Positions 1 through 10,040 of a stretch of 64,000 nucleotides of DNA are shown one piece after another. The notes below the pieces were generated by a model. It ran no database searches, had not been told where the DNA came from, and saw only the letters and a program-made list of their open reading frames with translations. This stretch comes from Acidobacteriota bacterium (lineage in GTDB: Bacteria; Acidobacteriota; UBA6911; RPQK01; JAJDTT01). Position 1 is the first letter of the stretch. Every line of letters starts with the position of its first letter. The translations under genes and the position numbers were made by a program. Location of the stretch: contig CBDCLS010000005.1 in NCBI GenBank assembly GCA_965218775.1, forward strand, positions 702,498 through 766,497, written 5' to 3'.

Positions 1-464
1 TGCAAACCTATCTGGGGGGCCGAGATCCCGATCCCGCGGACGTGCCCTCTGTTTTTGTCAATGCCCAGGGCCGGCCGATTACCCGTTTTGGGATTCGCTA
101 TATTGTGCGTCGACACGGAGCCCAAGCGGCACAGAGCTGTCCTTCGATCCAAGCCAAGCGCCTCAGTCCTCACCTGCTGAGACACTCGACGGCGATGCAC
201 CTTCTACAGTCGGGCAACGATCTCAGTGTCGTCAAGGACTGGATGGGTCATGCGGATCTGAACACCACTCACGGCTATGTGGAGATCGACATGAAGATGA
301 AACGCAAAGCGCTGCAGGCCGCCGAAGCCCCTCACGTCAAAACGCCGGCCAGCCGCCGTTCCAAATGGCTCCAGCCGGGCATCCTCCAATGGCTCGATGA
401 ACTCTCAAAGGAGGCCAGTATTATGTGCAGTACTGCACCGACCTCGGCTACCGTCAAAGGTTGA
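1..464 (+). CDS. Tyrosine recombinase (third integrase of RIT copy 1), 5'-truncated by the window edge
   Basis: HLLRHS...MGH...THGY catalytic motifs. DNA 1-529 matches 12890-13418 except G42/A12931. Confidence 0.95.
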   Translation, partial: QTYLGGRDPDPADVPSVFVNAQGRPITRFGIRYIVRRHGAQAAQSCPSIQAKRLSPHLLRHSTAMHLLQSGNDLSVVKDWMGHADLNTTHGYVEIDMKMKRKALQAAEAPHVKTPASRRSKWLQPGILQWLDELSKEASIMCSTAPTSATVKG

Positions 465-529
465 CTGATGGGCATCGTAGCGATCTCAGGGAGGACCTAC
501 TTCACATAACGCAACGCTTTACATGTCAT
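1..529 (+). mobile_element. Right end of RIT element copy 1; terminal inverted repeat at 499-529
   Basis: acttcacataacgcaacgctttacatgtcat (499-529) is identical to 13388-13418; the two copies diverge immediately after it. Confidence 0.9.
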
Positions 530-3500
530 GTTCATCGCCATGACGTATTACCCAGGTGAAACTCTGAAGCAGAAGATAGAGAAGGGTCGACTGGGGACGG
601 ACGAGGCGTTGGGAATCACTCGGCAAGTGGCAGAGGGCCTGGCTGTGGCGCACCGACACGGGATCGTCCACCGGGACGTCAAGACGGCCAATATCCTCTT
701 GACCGCCGATGGAACCGTCAAAATCGTCGACTTTGGTGTGGCGAAGGTAGCCGGCGGTGATGCCACCGTGACAGGCAACGTCATGGGCACGGTGGCATAT
801 ATGAGCCCCGAGCAGGTGCAGGGCAAAGGGGTCGATCATCGAACGGATCAGTGGTCACTGGGAGTGGTCTTGTACCAGATGCTAACTGGCAAACAGCCTT
901 TCCAAGGCGAAGATATACCGTCCACTATCTCTTCCATCTTGCTCCAGACTCCGGCACCCCTGGCTCACAGCGTCGAGGACGTCCCCAAAAGCCTCCAGGG
1001 AATTGTCAATCGACTCCTGGCCAAGGATCCAGATAATCGATACGCCGACGAGGCCGAACTGATCGCCGACTTGAAGCTCTCGGCTCCAGTCGCCGTTTCT
1101 GAAGGCGTCGGGGCAAACCCGCAAGAGTTGCGACCCACGCTTCCCAACCAACTACCGACGTCTCTCACGACCTTCATCGGGCGCGAACAAGAAATAGAAC
1201 AGCTGAAGACGCTGCTTTCCCGCACCCGCCTGTTGACACTCATAGGCAGTGGGGGCAGTGGTAAAACACGCCTTGCTCTGCAGGTCGCGACCGAGGTAGC
1301 CCACGACTTTGAGGATGGGGCCTGCTTCATTGGGCTGGCACCCATCACCGATCCCAGTCTCGTGGGATCCAGCATGGCCCAGGTGCTCGGCGTTCGGGAG
1401 GCGGGCGGTGTGCCGATCCACGAGCGTCTCATGACCTTTCTGCGCGATGTGCGGGGGTTGCTTCTTCTTGACAACTTCGAGCAGGTCGTGGAGGCGGCCC
1501 CGTTGGTAGTGTCATTGCTTGAGGCCTGCCCCGGCCTCAAGGTCCTGGTCACTAGCCGGGCCCCTCTTCATGTCCAGGGTGAGCAGGAGTTTCCCGTGCC
1601 ACCCCTGGTGCTCCCCGAGGTTGGAAACCTTCCTTCACCCAAACAATTGGCCGAGTACGAAGCCGTTGCCCTTTTCTTGGAGCGGGCTAAAGCCGTTCGA
1701 CCGGACTTCAGATTAGACGATGACAACGCTACTACCGTGACCGAGGTCTGTGTCCGCCTGGATGGGTTGCCCCTGGCCATTGAGCTAGCCGCCTCCCGGA
1801 TCAAATTGCTTCCTCCTCGGGCAATCCTGACTCGGCTAGAGCATCGTTTTGACCTGCTGACCCACGGGGGCCGAGAGGTGCCGGCCCGACACCGAACCCT
1901 TCGGGAAGCGATTGGCTGGAGCTACGAGCTGCTCAACAAGGACGAGAAGAAACTCTTCCGGCGGACGGCGGTGTTTGCAGGAGGGCACACGGTCGAGGCA
2001 GCAGCAGCGGTGCACCGTGCCGGTATAGGCCAGGAGATCGAGTTGCTCGAAAGCCTCTCCTCGCTAGTGGATCAGAACCTGATCCAACAGCAGGAGCAGG
2101 AGGACGGAGAGCCTCGCTTTCTCAGGCTCGAGACCATCAGGGAGTTTAGCCTGGAGTGCCTGAGGGCAAGCGGAGAAGAAGCTACGGTTCGCCGAAACCA
2201 TCTCGGCTATTTCCTGGATTTGGCGGAGCAAGCAGAACCCTTCCTGACAGGCCCCCAACAGGGGACCTGGCTAGGCCGTCTGGCGCGGGAACAGGATAAC
2301 CTCCGCGTCGCCATGAACTTCGCACTGGAGGTCGACGATCAATCAGCCTGCCGGCTGGGTGTAGCGCTCTGGCGCTTCTGGCTTGTTCATGGGCATCTCA
2401 ACGAAGGCGGCGAACAACTGGATCAGATCCTGACTCAAGCGGGTTCTTCCATATCGGCGGCGATACGAGCCCAACTTCTCACCGGAGCTGGAACGCTGTC
2501 CCACAATCGCGGCTACTACCCTGCGGCTCGCTCGTTCTTCGAAGAAAGCCTCGCCTTCTATCGCGAGCAAGAAAACAAGCAGGGGATCGCCGACACCCTC
2601 AACAACCTGGGCTGGGTGGCGTGGCGGCTGGGCGACTATGCTCATGCTTGGACCCTCTCCGAAGAGGGTCTGGCCCTACATCGGGAGCTGGGGCAGAAAC
2701 GGGGCGCGGCCCTGGCACTGAACAATATGGGTTGGGTGGCACATGCCCGAGGCGACTTTACCGAGGCCCTCCGTCTCCACCAGGAGAGTCTGGAGCTACA
2801 GCGGAAACGAGGCGATGAGCGGGGAACAGCGTTTGCTCTGACTTGCCTGGGATGGTCGACCTACAAGCGGGATGATCCGGAAGGAGCGCGTGATCTCCTG
2901 GAGGAGGCGCAGACACTGTTCCGGCAAGTTGGCGAACGGCAACTCTTGGCGTTTTGCATCAGCATTCTGGCCGAGGTTGTCTACCATCTGGGCGACACCG
3001 AACAGGCGAGCGCCCATCTGAAGGATGAAAGCCTACCCATCTTCGGAGATATCGGCGACCGGTATGGTCTGACCGTGGCGCTTTGCGTATACGGGGACGT
3101 ACTGTGGACGGAGGGAAGTCATGAGGAGGCCAAGAAGTGTTACCAGGAGACCCTGCAGATTCGAGAGGAGATGAGTGACAAGTGGGGTACCGCCCAGTCT
3201 CTGTGTCGGTTGGCTCAGGTTGCCATAGAGGAGCACGACATCGCAGGTGCCATGAAACTGCTGAAGCGGAGTCTCATCCTGCGCCGGGATCTAGAAGACA
3301 AGTACGGGATCGCAGAATGCCTACTGGCACTGGCAGGTGCGGCCCTTCATAGTAACTTGCCGAAGAGAGCTGGATTGCTGCTTGGAGCCGCCGAGGCCTT
3401 ACGACAGTCAATTCGTGGCACGCTTTCGCCTCGCGACAAAGCGACGAGCGAACATCTCCTGACCACCCTGCCAAAGAAACTGAGCCGGAAGGCCTTCTCT

Positions 3501-3578
3501 GCCGCTCGGGCAGAGGGCTCCAAGATGAAGCTCCATGAGTCCATTGCCTGCGGCCTGAATTCGGATGACGCAATTTAA
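528..3578 (+). pseudogene. Ser/Thr kinase + STAND-type ATPase + TPR protein, N-terminally truncated by RIT insertion
   Basis: HRDVKTAN, DFG and MSPEQ kinase motifs are present, but no Gly-rich loop or VAIK lysine. Walker A GSGGSGKT, Walker B LLLLDNFE, and many TPR-like repeats. The ORF starts at the RIT end. Confidence 0.85.
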
Positions 3579-3644
3579 GCAGATTCCGCGCTATTAGTAA
3601 GTGAGACCGTTCCGAGAAACAGAAACTTAAGGAGGACGAAGAGC

Positions 3645-4070
3645 ATGGAAACGAAACCAGCTGTCGACAAGAACGAGAGAAAAGCCCAACTTCATGCCAT
3701 TGCACGTGGGTACGTGACTGAGGGGCTGGGGAAAGGGAACTTCGATGCCATCCCTTACGCCGCCGACGTGTCCCTGCGCGCACCGCTCGCTCCAGGCGGC
3801 TCGACGCATCCCCTTAAAGGCCGGGAGAACCTACGCACGGTATGGTGGGCACCACTGCCCGCTCTAGTGGCAGGGGTCGTGGTCGTGGAGTCGTACGTCA
3901 ATGAGGACTTGACGCGCACTGCGGTCGAGTTTCACCTCCAGGTAACCAACCCGGCCTGCACGCTGCGGATCCTCGACCGGTTCACGGTCAACGAAGAGGG
4001 CGAGATCGTTCAGCAAGAGAACTACTTCGACCCGCGTGACGTCACCAATTCCGGTTGGCGAGATCAGTAG
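3645..4070 (+). CDS. Small SnoaL/NTF2-like protein
   Basis: SD AGGAGG upstream; 141 aa with NTF2-like pattern (ILDRFTVNEEGEIVQQENYFDP). Confidence 0.6.
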   Translation: METKPAVDKNERKAQLHAIARGYVTEGLGKGNFDAIPYAADVSLRAPLAPGGSTHPLKGRENLRTVWWAPLPALVAGVVVVESYVNEDLTRTAVEFHLQVTNPACTLRILDRFTVNEEGEIVQQENYFDPRDVTNSGWRDQ

Positions 4071-4174
4071 CGGTTTGGTGCGAGGATCAATTAGAGTCGG
4101 CACGACGATTGCAGGATCGACACTGGGGCGCCCGGGTTGTGCCAACCCCAAACACCACCCGGTGGGAGAGAAAT

Positions 4175-4528
4175 ATGTCCAGGGATGAAATGGTTTCTGT
4201 CGTCGAAAGCTATATCACCGGTCTCGGCTCTGGAGATTTCTCCGGCGTGCCGTTCTCCAAAGACATTACTTACGAGAGCCCACTCACGCCAAAGATCCAA
4301 GGTCAGGAAGCAATCGACTTTCTGTCTGGCCTGTTTCCACTAATGCGAGGTGCCGAGATCGTCCAGCACATTGTAGAAGGAGAGTATGTAGCTTCTGTGT
4401 TCATCCTTCATACGCCCAATGGAAAGACCCACGTATTCGGCAAGTTCCGGGTCATTGGCGGTGAGCTGAAGGAGATCAATCCCTACTACGATCCCTCTGT
4501 GCTCAACCAGGCAGTTGCATCGCTATGA
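4175..4528 (+). CDS. Small SnoaL/NTF2-like protein
   Basis: ATG 4175 after GGAGAG; 117 aa (YESPLTPKIQG...FRVIGGELKEINPYYDP). Confidence 0.6.
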   Translation: MSRDEMVSVVESYITGLGSGDFSGVPFSKDITYESPLTPKIQGQEAIDFLSGLFPLMRGAEIVQHIVEGEYVASVFILHTPNGKTHVFGKFRVIGGELKEINPYYDPSVLNQAVASL

Positions 4529-4559
4529 ATGCCAACCTGCTCCTTTGCTGACGCGCGGC

Positions 4560-4648
4560 TCAATCGCTGGGGGGGAGCCCGGAACCCAGGTGGAAATCGG
4601 ATGCAAGAATCTCCGCCTCGGGAAGACCCAGCTCCTTCCTGACCAGAT
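4560..4648 (-). pseudogene. 3'-terminal fragment of a MetE-like gene; direct repeat of 14479-14567
   Basis: 83/89 nt identical to 14479-14567; encodes LVRKELGLPEAEILASDFHLGSGLPPSD*; abuts the IS6 left IR. Confidence 0.85.
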
Positions 4649-5446
4649 GGTACTGTCAAGTTGAGAGATGGTCGACGAGAATGATCGGATGAAAACGCTT
4701 TACAAAGGCCATCGCTTTCCCTGTGAAATCATCAGTCGTACCGTGTGGCTTTACCACCGGTTCACCCTCAGTCTGCGAGATGTCGAGGATCTGTTGGCTG
4801 AACGTCGCGTCCTGGTTTCCCATGAGACCATTCGCCACTAGTGTCTCAAATTCGGACCCCAGTACGCTAGGTCGATTCGACGGAAACAAGGTCGGCTGGG
4901 TGATATCTGGCATGTTGATGAGTTGTTCGTGAGGCTTCAAGGAAGGCAGGTGTACCTGTGGCGCGCAGTTGATCAGGATGGCGATGTTCTAGACATTCTG
5001 GTGACCAGGCGTCGGGACAAACGAGCTGCCAAACATTTCTTTCGCAAGGTATTGAAGGAACAAGGCCGACCCCCAGGGAAACTCATCACTGACCAGCTCA
5101 AGACATATCCCGCCGCACATCGCGAAGTGTTTCCTTCAGTTGAGCACAGAACCGGTCGGTACGAGAATAACCGGGCTGAAGTTTCTCACCAACACACCCG
5201 AGAACAGGAGAGGCAGATGAGAGGCTTCAAATCAATCCAGCAGTCTCAACGATTCCTCTCTGTCCATGGTCCGGTTCAAAATCTGTTCCGGGTGCGTCGA
5301 CACCAGCTGAGGGCCGCTCATCAGCGACTCCTCCGCGACCGAGCTTTTGCCGACTGGAGGGAGGCAACGTGTGTCTGCTGAGCAGGAGCTGAGCTAGAGT
5401 GTATGCTGGCTCGGAATCGTCTGCCCAACGTTAACTTGACAGTACC
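4649..5446 (+). mobile_element. IS6-family insertion sequence (798 bp)
   Basis: Perfect 14-bp IRs ggtactgtcaagtt (4649-4662) / aacttgacagtacc (5433-5446); no target duplication. Confidence 0.9.
4689..5381 (+). pseudogene. IS6-family transposase with in-frame TAG at 4839-4841
   Basis: MKTLYKGHRFPCEII...ETIRH*CLKFG...WHVDELF...LWRAVDQDG...YENNRAE; the TAG sits at a normally conserved Trp position. Confidence 0.9.
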
Positions 5447-5845
5447 TCAGCGCCGGTAGTCCAGTGGTGCGGTGCGATCCTTGATCAAGGATGTGTACCT
5501 AAAGCCTGCTCCCCGTCGCTTCTCAAACTCGAGACGTGCCTCAGCAATAATTGAGGGCGCTGTGAACAAATCCAGCACGGTCAGTGCAAGAGTTTTCGCA
5601 GCCACCATCATCCCTTTAGTTCCTATACTTGTTCCACCTGCTGCCACTGCCTGCCATGTGTGGGCTGGAGTCCCGGGCACCCAAGTCGCAGCACGCAGTC
5701 CACTTGTCGGAACCACCCAACTCACATCTCCTACGTCCGTTGATGCGGTGGACCTCCGAAACTCGAATGGCAGAACATGTTCCTGGGATCCCAGAGGCAG
5801 GCCGCGTTTCTGTCTATCAACGAGGATCGCGCGCTCCGAGAAATA
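5447..5845 (-). pseudogene. C-terminal fragment of an M20/AbgB-like amidohydrolase
   Basis: STDVGDVSWVVPT...PGTPAHTWQAVAAGG...KGMMVAAKTLA...PLDYRR*; the N-terminal part is absent. Confidence 0.75.
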
Positions 5846-5846
5846 G

Positions 5847-7412
5847 CTAGTTGTTCCCGCTCCCTCCCGTAGAACCACAGTTGACGACCTGCGCCCCAGT
5901 AGTATCACCGTCAACGACTGAGGTACCGTCACAACTGAGGTCTTTGTCGTTGTCTTCGAGTACGTTGTCAGCAGTTTCAGGAATAAATTCTGCTATGGAA
6001 CCCTTCAGCGCAAGAAATCCTTCCCCCAGATTGTCGTTGACATTCATGCCTCGAAACTGACCGACGGAGCCAAGATTTAGGAAGATACCTGGCCCCTGGT
6101 TTCCGCTGATGTCTGGGACTCCGAAGGAAGTGGCAAACACATGCACACTGGAGAGAGCGTGGCCACTGACTCCTGAAGCAAAGCGAGGAAAAAGGAAGGT
6201 GTTGCCAGTGCCGCCTCCATTACCCGAAATCGTCACACCGCCAAAAATCAGACCAGTTGAACCCAATCGAAGATGGAATCCACCCCAACCGTTGTCCCTG
6301 ATGACCGCATTTTGCCTGACTGAAAGGGTAGCGCCATCTACCCCCACCATCCCAAACCATCCATTTCTCTCAATCGCTGTAGTTCCTGAGACGATAGCAC
6401 GCCCTCCACTACCAACGCGGATTCCGTGACGGCAATTATCAGCGACGCTGTTGTTGTCGCTCAGCACAACCTCTCCAGACTCTAAGACTGTCACACCGTG
6501 AAATCGGCTAAGGTTGACCTCGACTCCCCCCTCAAACCTCACATCGCTGTCGCTTATCACCACTCCCTCACCACCTTCTATATGCATACTTATGGGGGAA
6601 CCGATGAGATGTACATCTGAGGAGTCCTCAATTCTCAAGACGGCACTAGGTGTTGGGTTCACAGTGGAGGGGTCAGTACCGCAGTCAATCATAGGCTGAG
6701 AGAGGGTGGCACTTAATATGCCGGTTTTAATGGTGAGTGGTCCCGTGAATCCAGCGACAGTAAAGGGAACGTAACTCCCATCGACTATCGGATTTTGACA
6801 GTTACCGTTTACCTCAATTGTCCCGCCCCCAGGATGAAGAGTACTTATGGCGGCTTGCAAGTCATCCCCTCCACTACAGTCGAGGCCTGAGAGGAAGAGG
6901 CTGAGTCTTGAGATGTCAAAATTTGTAGGGTCCGGCCCGATTCGGTAAACGACTAAGTTTTGCCCCGCTGACGTAAAGAGCATTGTGGGTAAGTCCAAAC
7001 CGTTGACTAGTGTGACATCGGTAGTCGCCAAATCCACTTTGAAAGCTCTATCACCAACGTCGAATATGAAATTATCCCGAATAGTTCCATCTACCAAAGT
7101 GATGACGCCTACCCCAGAATTAACGAAACTATCAAATATGGTACCGCCGAAGTTCACCATTAAACCACCTGGGTTGAAGGCATACTCTCTGGCCGTGAAG
7201 TCCCAAAAAGTAAGGTCACTACCGGAGAAGTCAGAGGTACTTGACACAAAGGTAGGGTCATAAGAGAACGTCCCACTGATTTGGTGTGCTATTAAGGGGG
7301 AGATGGAGATAACACCCGTTCCTGCTAAAAAGTTAAATGTAACCGGCTGAGCCAACACTGACCCACTTATCAACCCAAACAGAACCACAAAAATTACAAA
7401 TCTAGCTTTCAT
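5847..7412 (-). CDS. Secreted protein with C-terminal right-handed parallel beta-helix repeats; low GC
   Basis: Signal peptide MKARFVIFVVLFGLISGSVLAQ; repeats such as DNCRHGIRV, RNGWFGMV, DNGWGGFH, GNQGPGIFL; sampled lines are 38-45% GC. Confidence 0.7.
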   Translation of the reverse strand: MKARFVIFVVLFGLISGSVLAQPVTFNFLAGTGVISISPLIAHQISGTFSYDPTFVSSTSDFSGSDLTFWDFTAREYAFNPGGLMVNFGGTIFDSFVNSGVGVITLVDGTIRDNFIFDVGDRAFKVDLATTDVTLVNGLDLPTMLFTSAGQNLVVYRIGPDPTNFDISRLSLFLSGLDCSGGDDLQAAISTLHPGGGTIEVNGNCQNPIVDGSYVPFTVAGFTGPLTIKTGILSATLSQPMIDCGTDPSTVNPTPSAVLRIEDSSDVHLIGSPISMHIEGGEGVVISDSDVRFEGGVEVNLSRFHGVTVLESGEVVLSDNNSVADNCRHGIRVGSGGRAIVSGTTAIERNGWFGMVGVDGATLSVRQNAVIRDNGWGGFHLRLGSTGLIFGGVTISGNGGGTGNTFLFPRFASGVSGHALSSVHVFATSFGVPDISGNQGPGIFLNLGSVGQFRGMNVNDNLGEGFLALKGSIAEFIPETADNVLEDNDKDLSCDGTSVVDGDTTGAQVVNCGSTGGSGNN

Positions 7413-7452
7413 CAAGACCCCCTTTTTTTGTAAACACATTCCTCTCGAAAAA

Positions 7453-7481
7453 TGACAGCTTTACAATCATCAAAGCTGTCA
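7453..7481. promoter_or_regulatory. 10-9-10 inverted repeat upstream of the beta-helix gene (possible operator or hairpin)
   Basis: tgacagcttt-N9-aaagctgtca, perfect. Confidence 0.4.
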
Positions 7482-7509
7482 CAACTAGAAAAAGCAAACA
7501 CTTAGAAAT

Positions 7510-8797
7510 CGTAAATAAATAAAGGTATCACTTTGTAGTTAGTAATGCTATGCTGCGCATGCATGGATACGCTGACCGAATTGACTGAGAAATTCCGATC
7601 TGTATGGCCCCTGTTGGATGAACGAACGCGGCGGATTATGGCGGCCAGTGAAGCGAGAGCGTTGGGTCATGGTGGAGTCAGTATGGTACGCCGTGCCTGC
7701 GGACTGTCGCGCAAGGCAATCTCTAAAGGAATCCGTGAAATCGAAGAGGGCGTCGCGCCACTGGAAGGCCGCATCCGCCGGCCCGGAGCCGGACGCAAGC
7801 TCCTGACGGTTTCGGACCCGGGTCTGGTGGAGCAATTGGAAGAAATGATCGATGTCCAAACCCGGGGTGACCCGGAGTCTCCGTTGCGTTGGATCTGCAA
7901 GAGCACGCGGGCCATCGCGAAAGAACTGGCTCGGTACAAACATCCGGTCAGTCATACGAAGGTGGCCCAGATCCTTCATGACCTGGACTACAGTCTCCAA
8001 AGCAATCGGAAGACCGAGGAAGAGAAAGATCATCCGGACCGCGACGCCCAGTTTCGGCACATCAGCGCCACCGTGAGACAATGCCTGAGGGAAGGCAGTC
8101 CGGTCATTTCCGCGGATACCAAGAAGAAAGAACTCATCGGCAACTACGACAACGCGGGCCAGCAATGGCTTCCCGCCGGGCAGCCGATAAAGGTTCAGGG
8201 TCATGACTTTCCCACTCCCGACGTTCCACGTGCCTATCCTTACGGCATTTATGACATTGGGCGCAATACCGGCTTTGTCAATGTCGGCACCGATCACGAC
8301 ACGGGAGCGTTTGCGGTCGCATCGATTCGCGGATGGTGGCGCCAGGAAGGGAGACGGATCTATCCGAATGCAAGAACGATACTGATCACCGCCGACGCCG
8401 GCGGGAGCAACGGTTGGCGGTTGCGCCTTTGGAAATTTGAGTTGCAGAAGTTCGCAGACGAAACGGGCCTCCCTGCTTCGGTCTGTCATTTTCCACCCGG
8501 CACCAGCAAATGGAACAAGATCGAACATCGCCTCTTTTCTTTCATCTCTTCGAACTGGCGCGGCGAACCGTTACGGGACTACGAAACGATTGTTCAACTC
8601 ATCGCGAAGACAACGACAGCTAAAGGACTCAAAGTGACGTGCCGGCTGGATCGCCGCAAGTATCCCACGGGACGCAAAGTCTCCAATGAAGAAATGAAGC
8701 GAATCAAGATGCGGCCCAACCAGTTCCATGGCGAATGGAATTATGTAATAGAACCTAACTCCACTGAAAAATAACATGATACCTTTATTTATTTACG
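7510..8797 (+). mobile_element. ISAzo13-family insertion sequence
   Basis: Perfect 21-bp IR cores cgtaaataaataaaggtatca (7510-7530) and its complement (8777-8797) flank the transposase; exact outer ends uncertain. Confidence 0.85.
7563..8774 (+). CDS. ISAzo13-family DDE transposase
   Basis: LDERTRR, TRGDPESPLRWICKS, ISADTKKKELIG, TADAGGSNG, PPGTSKWNKIEHRLFSFIS motifs. Confidence 0.95.
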   Translation: MDTLTELTEKFRSVWPLLDERTRRIMAASEARALGHGGVSMVRRACGLSRKAISKGIREIEEGVAPLEGRIRRPGAGRKLLTVSDPGLVEQLEEMIDVQTRGDPESPLRWICKSTRAIAKELARYKHPVSHTKVAQILHDLDYSLQSNRKTEEEKDHPDRDAQFRHISATVRQCLREGSPVISADTKKKELIGNYDNAGQQWLPAGQPIKVQGHDFPTPDVPRAYPYGIYDIGRNTGFVNVGTDHDTGAFAVASIRGWWRQEGRRIYPNARTILITADAGGSNGWRLRLWKFELQKFADETGLPASVCHFPPGTSKWNKIEHRLFSFISSNWRGEPLRDYETIVQLIAKTTTAKGLKVTCRLDRRKYPTGRKVSNEEMKRIKMRPNQFHGEWNYVIEPNSTEK

Positions 8798-9045
8798 CCG
8801 CCTTATCGGTGAAATTCTGAACAAGACTTAACGCAATTCCAATTTCCGGTTGGTCGAGTGTTGGGATTGAAAGGTAGAAACCCCCTTGATAAGAGTCAGT
8901 TCAGGGTTTTCTCTTCACCCCAAACCCATTTTGAGGTTCTGCAGGGACGACAGAGGACTAAAACGGGACGACAGGGGAAAAGCGCCCAATCCGCCTGAGT
9001 GTGGAAGGTACACTAAGCTTCGATGGCTTTATCGACTACTACGGA

Positions 9046-9060
9046 GATAGGAGTTTGCTT
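9046..9060 (-). other. Putative oriIS-like end of the IS91-like element
   Basis: Minus strand AAGCAAACTCCTATC resembles the AATTCCTAT oriIS motif of IS91/ISCR and lies ~80 bp downstream of the tnp stop. Confidence 0.4.
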
Positions 9061-9139
9061 TTTTGGGCGTCGGGTATGGGTTGCCATTTTTGCATTATTG
9101 GGGATGAAAAAAAGGGTCGAGGAGGGACGTGGGGGCGCT

Positions 9140-9881
9140 TCAGTCGGAGGTGAAAGAAAAGGTGGGTTGAAATAGCGTGATGGGGGCGTCGAGACCGAGT
9201 TTTGGTTGGAGGATTTGTCGAATCACGTTGGGTTGTTCGATCATCGCGGTGATTTCAAGGGGGTGGCCACATTGGGAACATTCCAAGGGGTCGATCTCAT
9301 AAACCTTGCGCAGTAACCGTGCCCAGCTGCGACGCCGCTGCTGGGAGAAGTGCTCGGCGGCTGAGGGCTGCTCCGAGTCCGACGCCGGGGCGGCAGTGTT
9401 GACAGTGGCCCGGGTGGCGGCTCGGCGCCGTTTCCCTCGCGAGGCATTCGAATAACGGCCATAATAACGGGCGATCTGTTCTCCCCTATCTGGAATATGC
9501 GAGGTCACCAGCGCGATCCAGTCCAGGGCATCCAGGCAACGGCGGACGCCTTTGGCGCTGCGGTATTCGATCCGACCCTGCTCAGGATCGTAGTGCAGTC
9601 GGCTGGCGGCAAAACTGGGACGGAGGATATAGGCGACCAGACGCTCCAGGGCAGGACGCTCGTCGCTCTCGATGGGCCGGCCGCGATAGACGCCAAAGCC
9701 GCTGGGGTGCCAGGCGCGCAGCTTCTGGGCAAAGTCCCGACTCAGACGGCGCTGCTCATCTCCAAGACCTGATGCTGAAAAAGACGAGTGAGGACCTCAG
9801 AATCCACTTCGCCCATCGACTCCGAGCAGCCCTCGGGTGTCCAAGCAGAATCGCTGGCGAGCAGATGAAGATGAGGATGAC
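9140..9881 (-). pseudogene. IS91-like (Y2/HUH) transposase, C-terminal part, with a frameshift near 9757
   Basis: HPHLHLLASDSAW...; after the shift EQRRLSRDF...LERLVAYILRP...VTSHIPDRGEQIARYYGRYSN...WARLLRKVYEIDPLECSQCG. Confidence 0.9.
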
Positions 9882-10040
9882 ATGTGAAGCGTTGTGTTAT
9901 GTGAAGTGATCGATCTGCTTCACGCCAGAATCCTTTCGATATCGCGGCTTCGTGCCACCGGTCCGCGCTTGTACTCCACATAATTCTGGTGCATGACAGC
10001 CCTTTGGAGTCCCGCCTCTGGGACAGAAAAGGAGGTTGTC

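Noticed and set aside
7548-8528. 326-aa antisense ORF and similar long shadow ORFs (e.g. 17579-18367, 26017-26814, 36206-37279, 61837-62616)
   Set aside because: They lie opposite or overlap well-supported genes, have no recognisable motifs, and are expected in high-GC DNA.
8944-8974. gggacgacag direct repeat (2 copies)
   Set aside because: Only two 10-bp units; not a CRISPR or iteron array.
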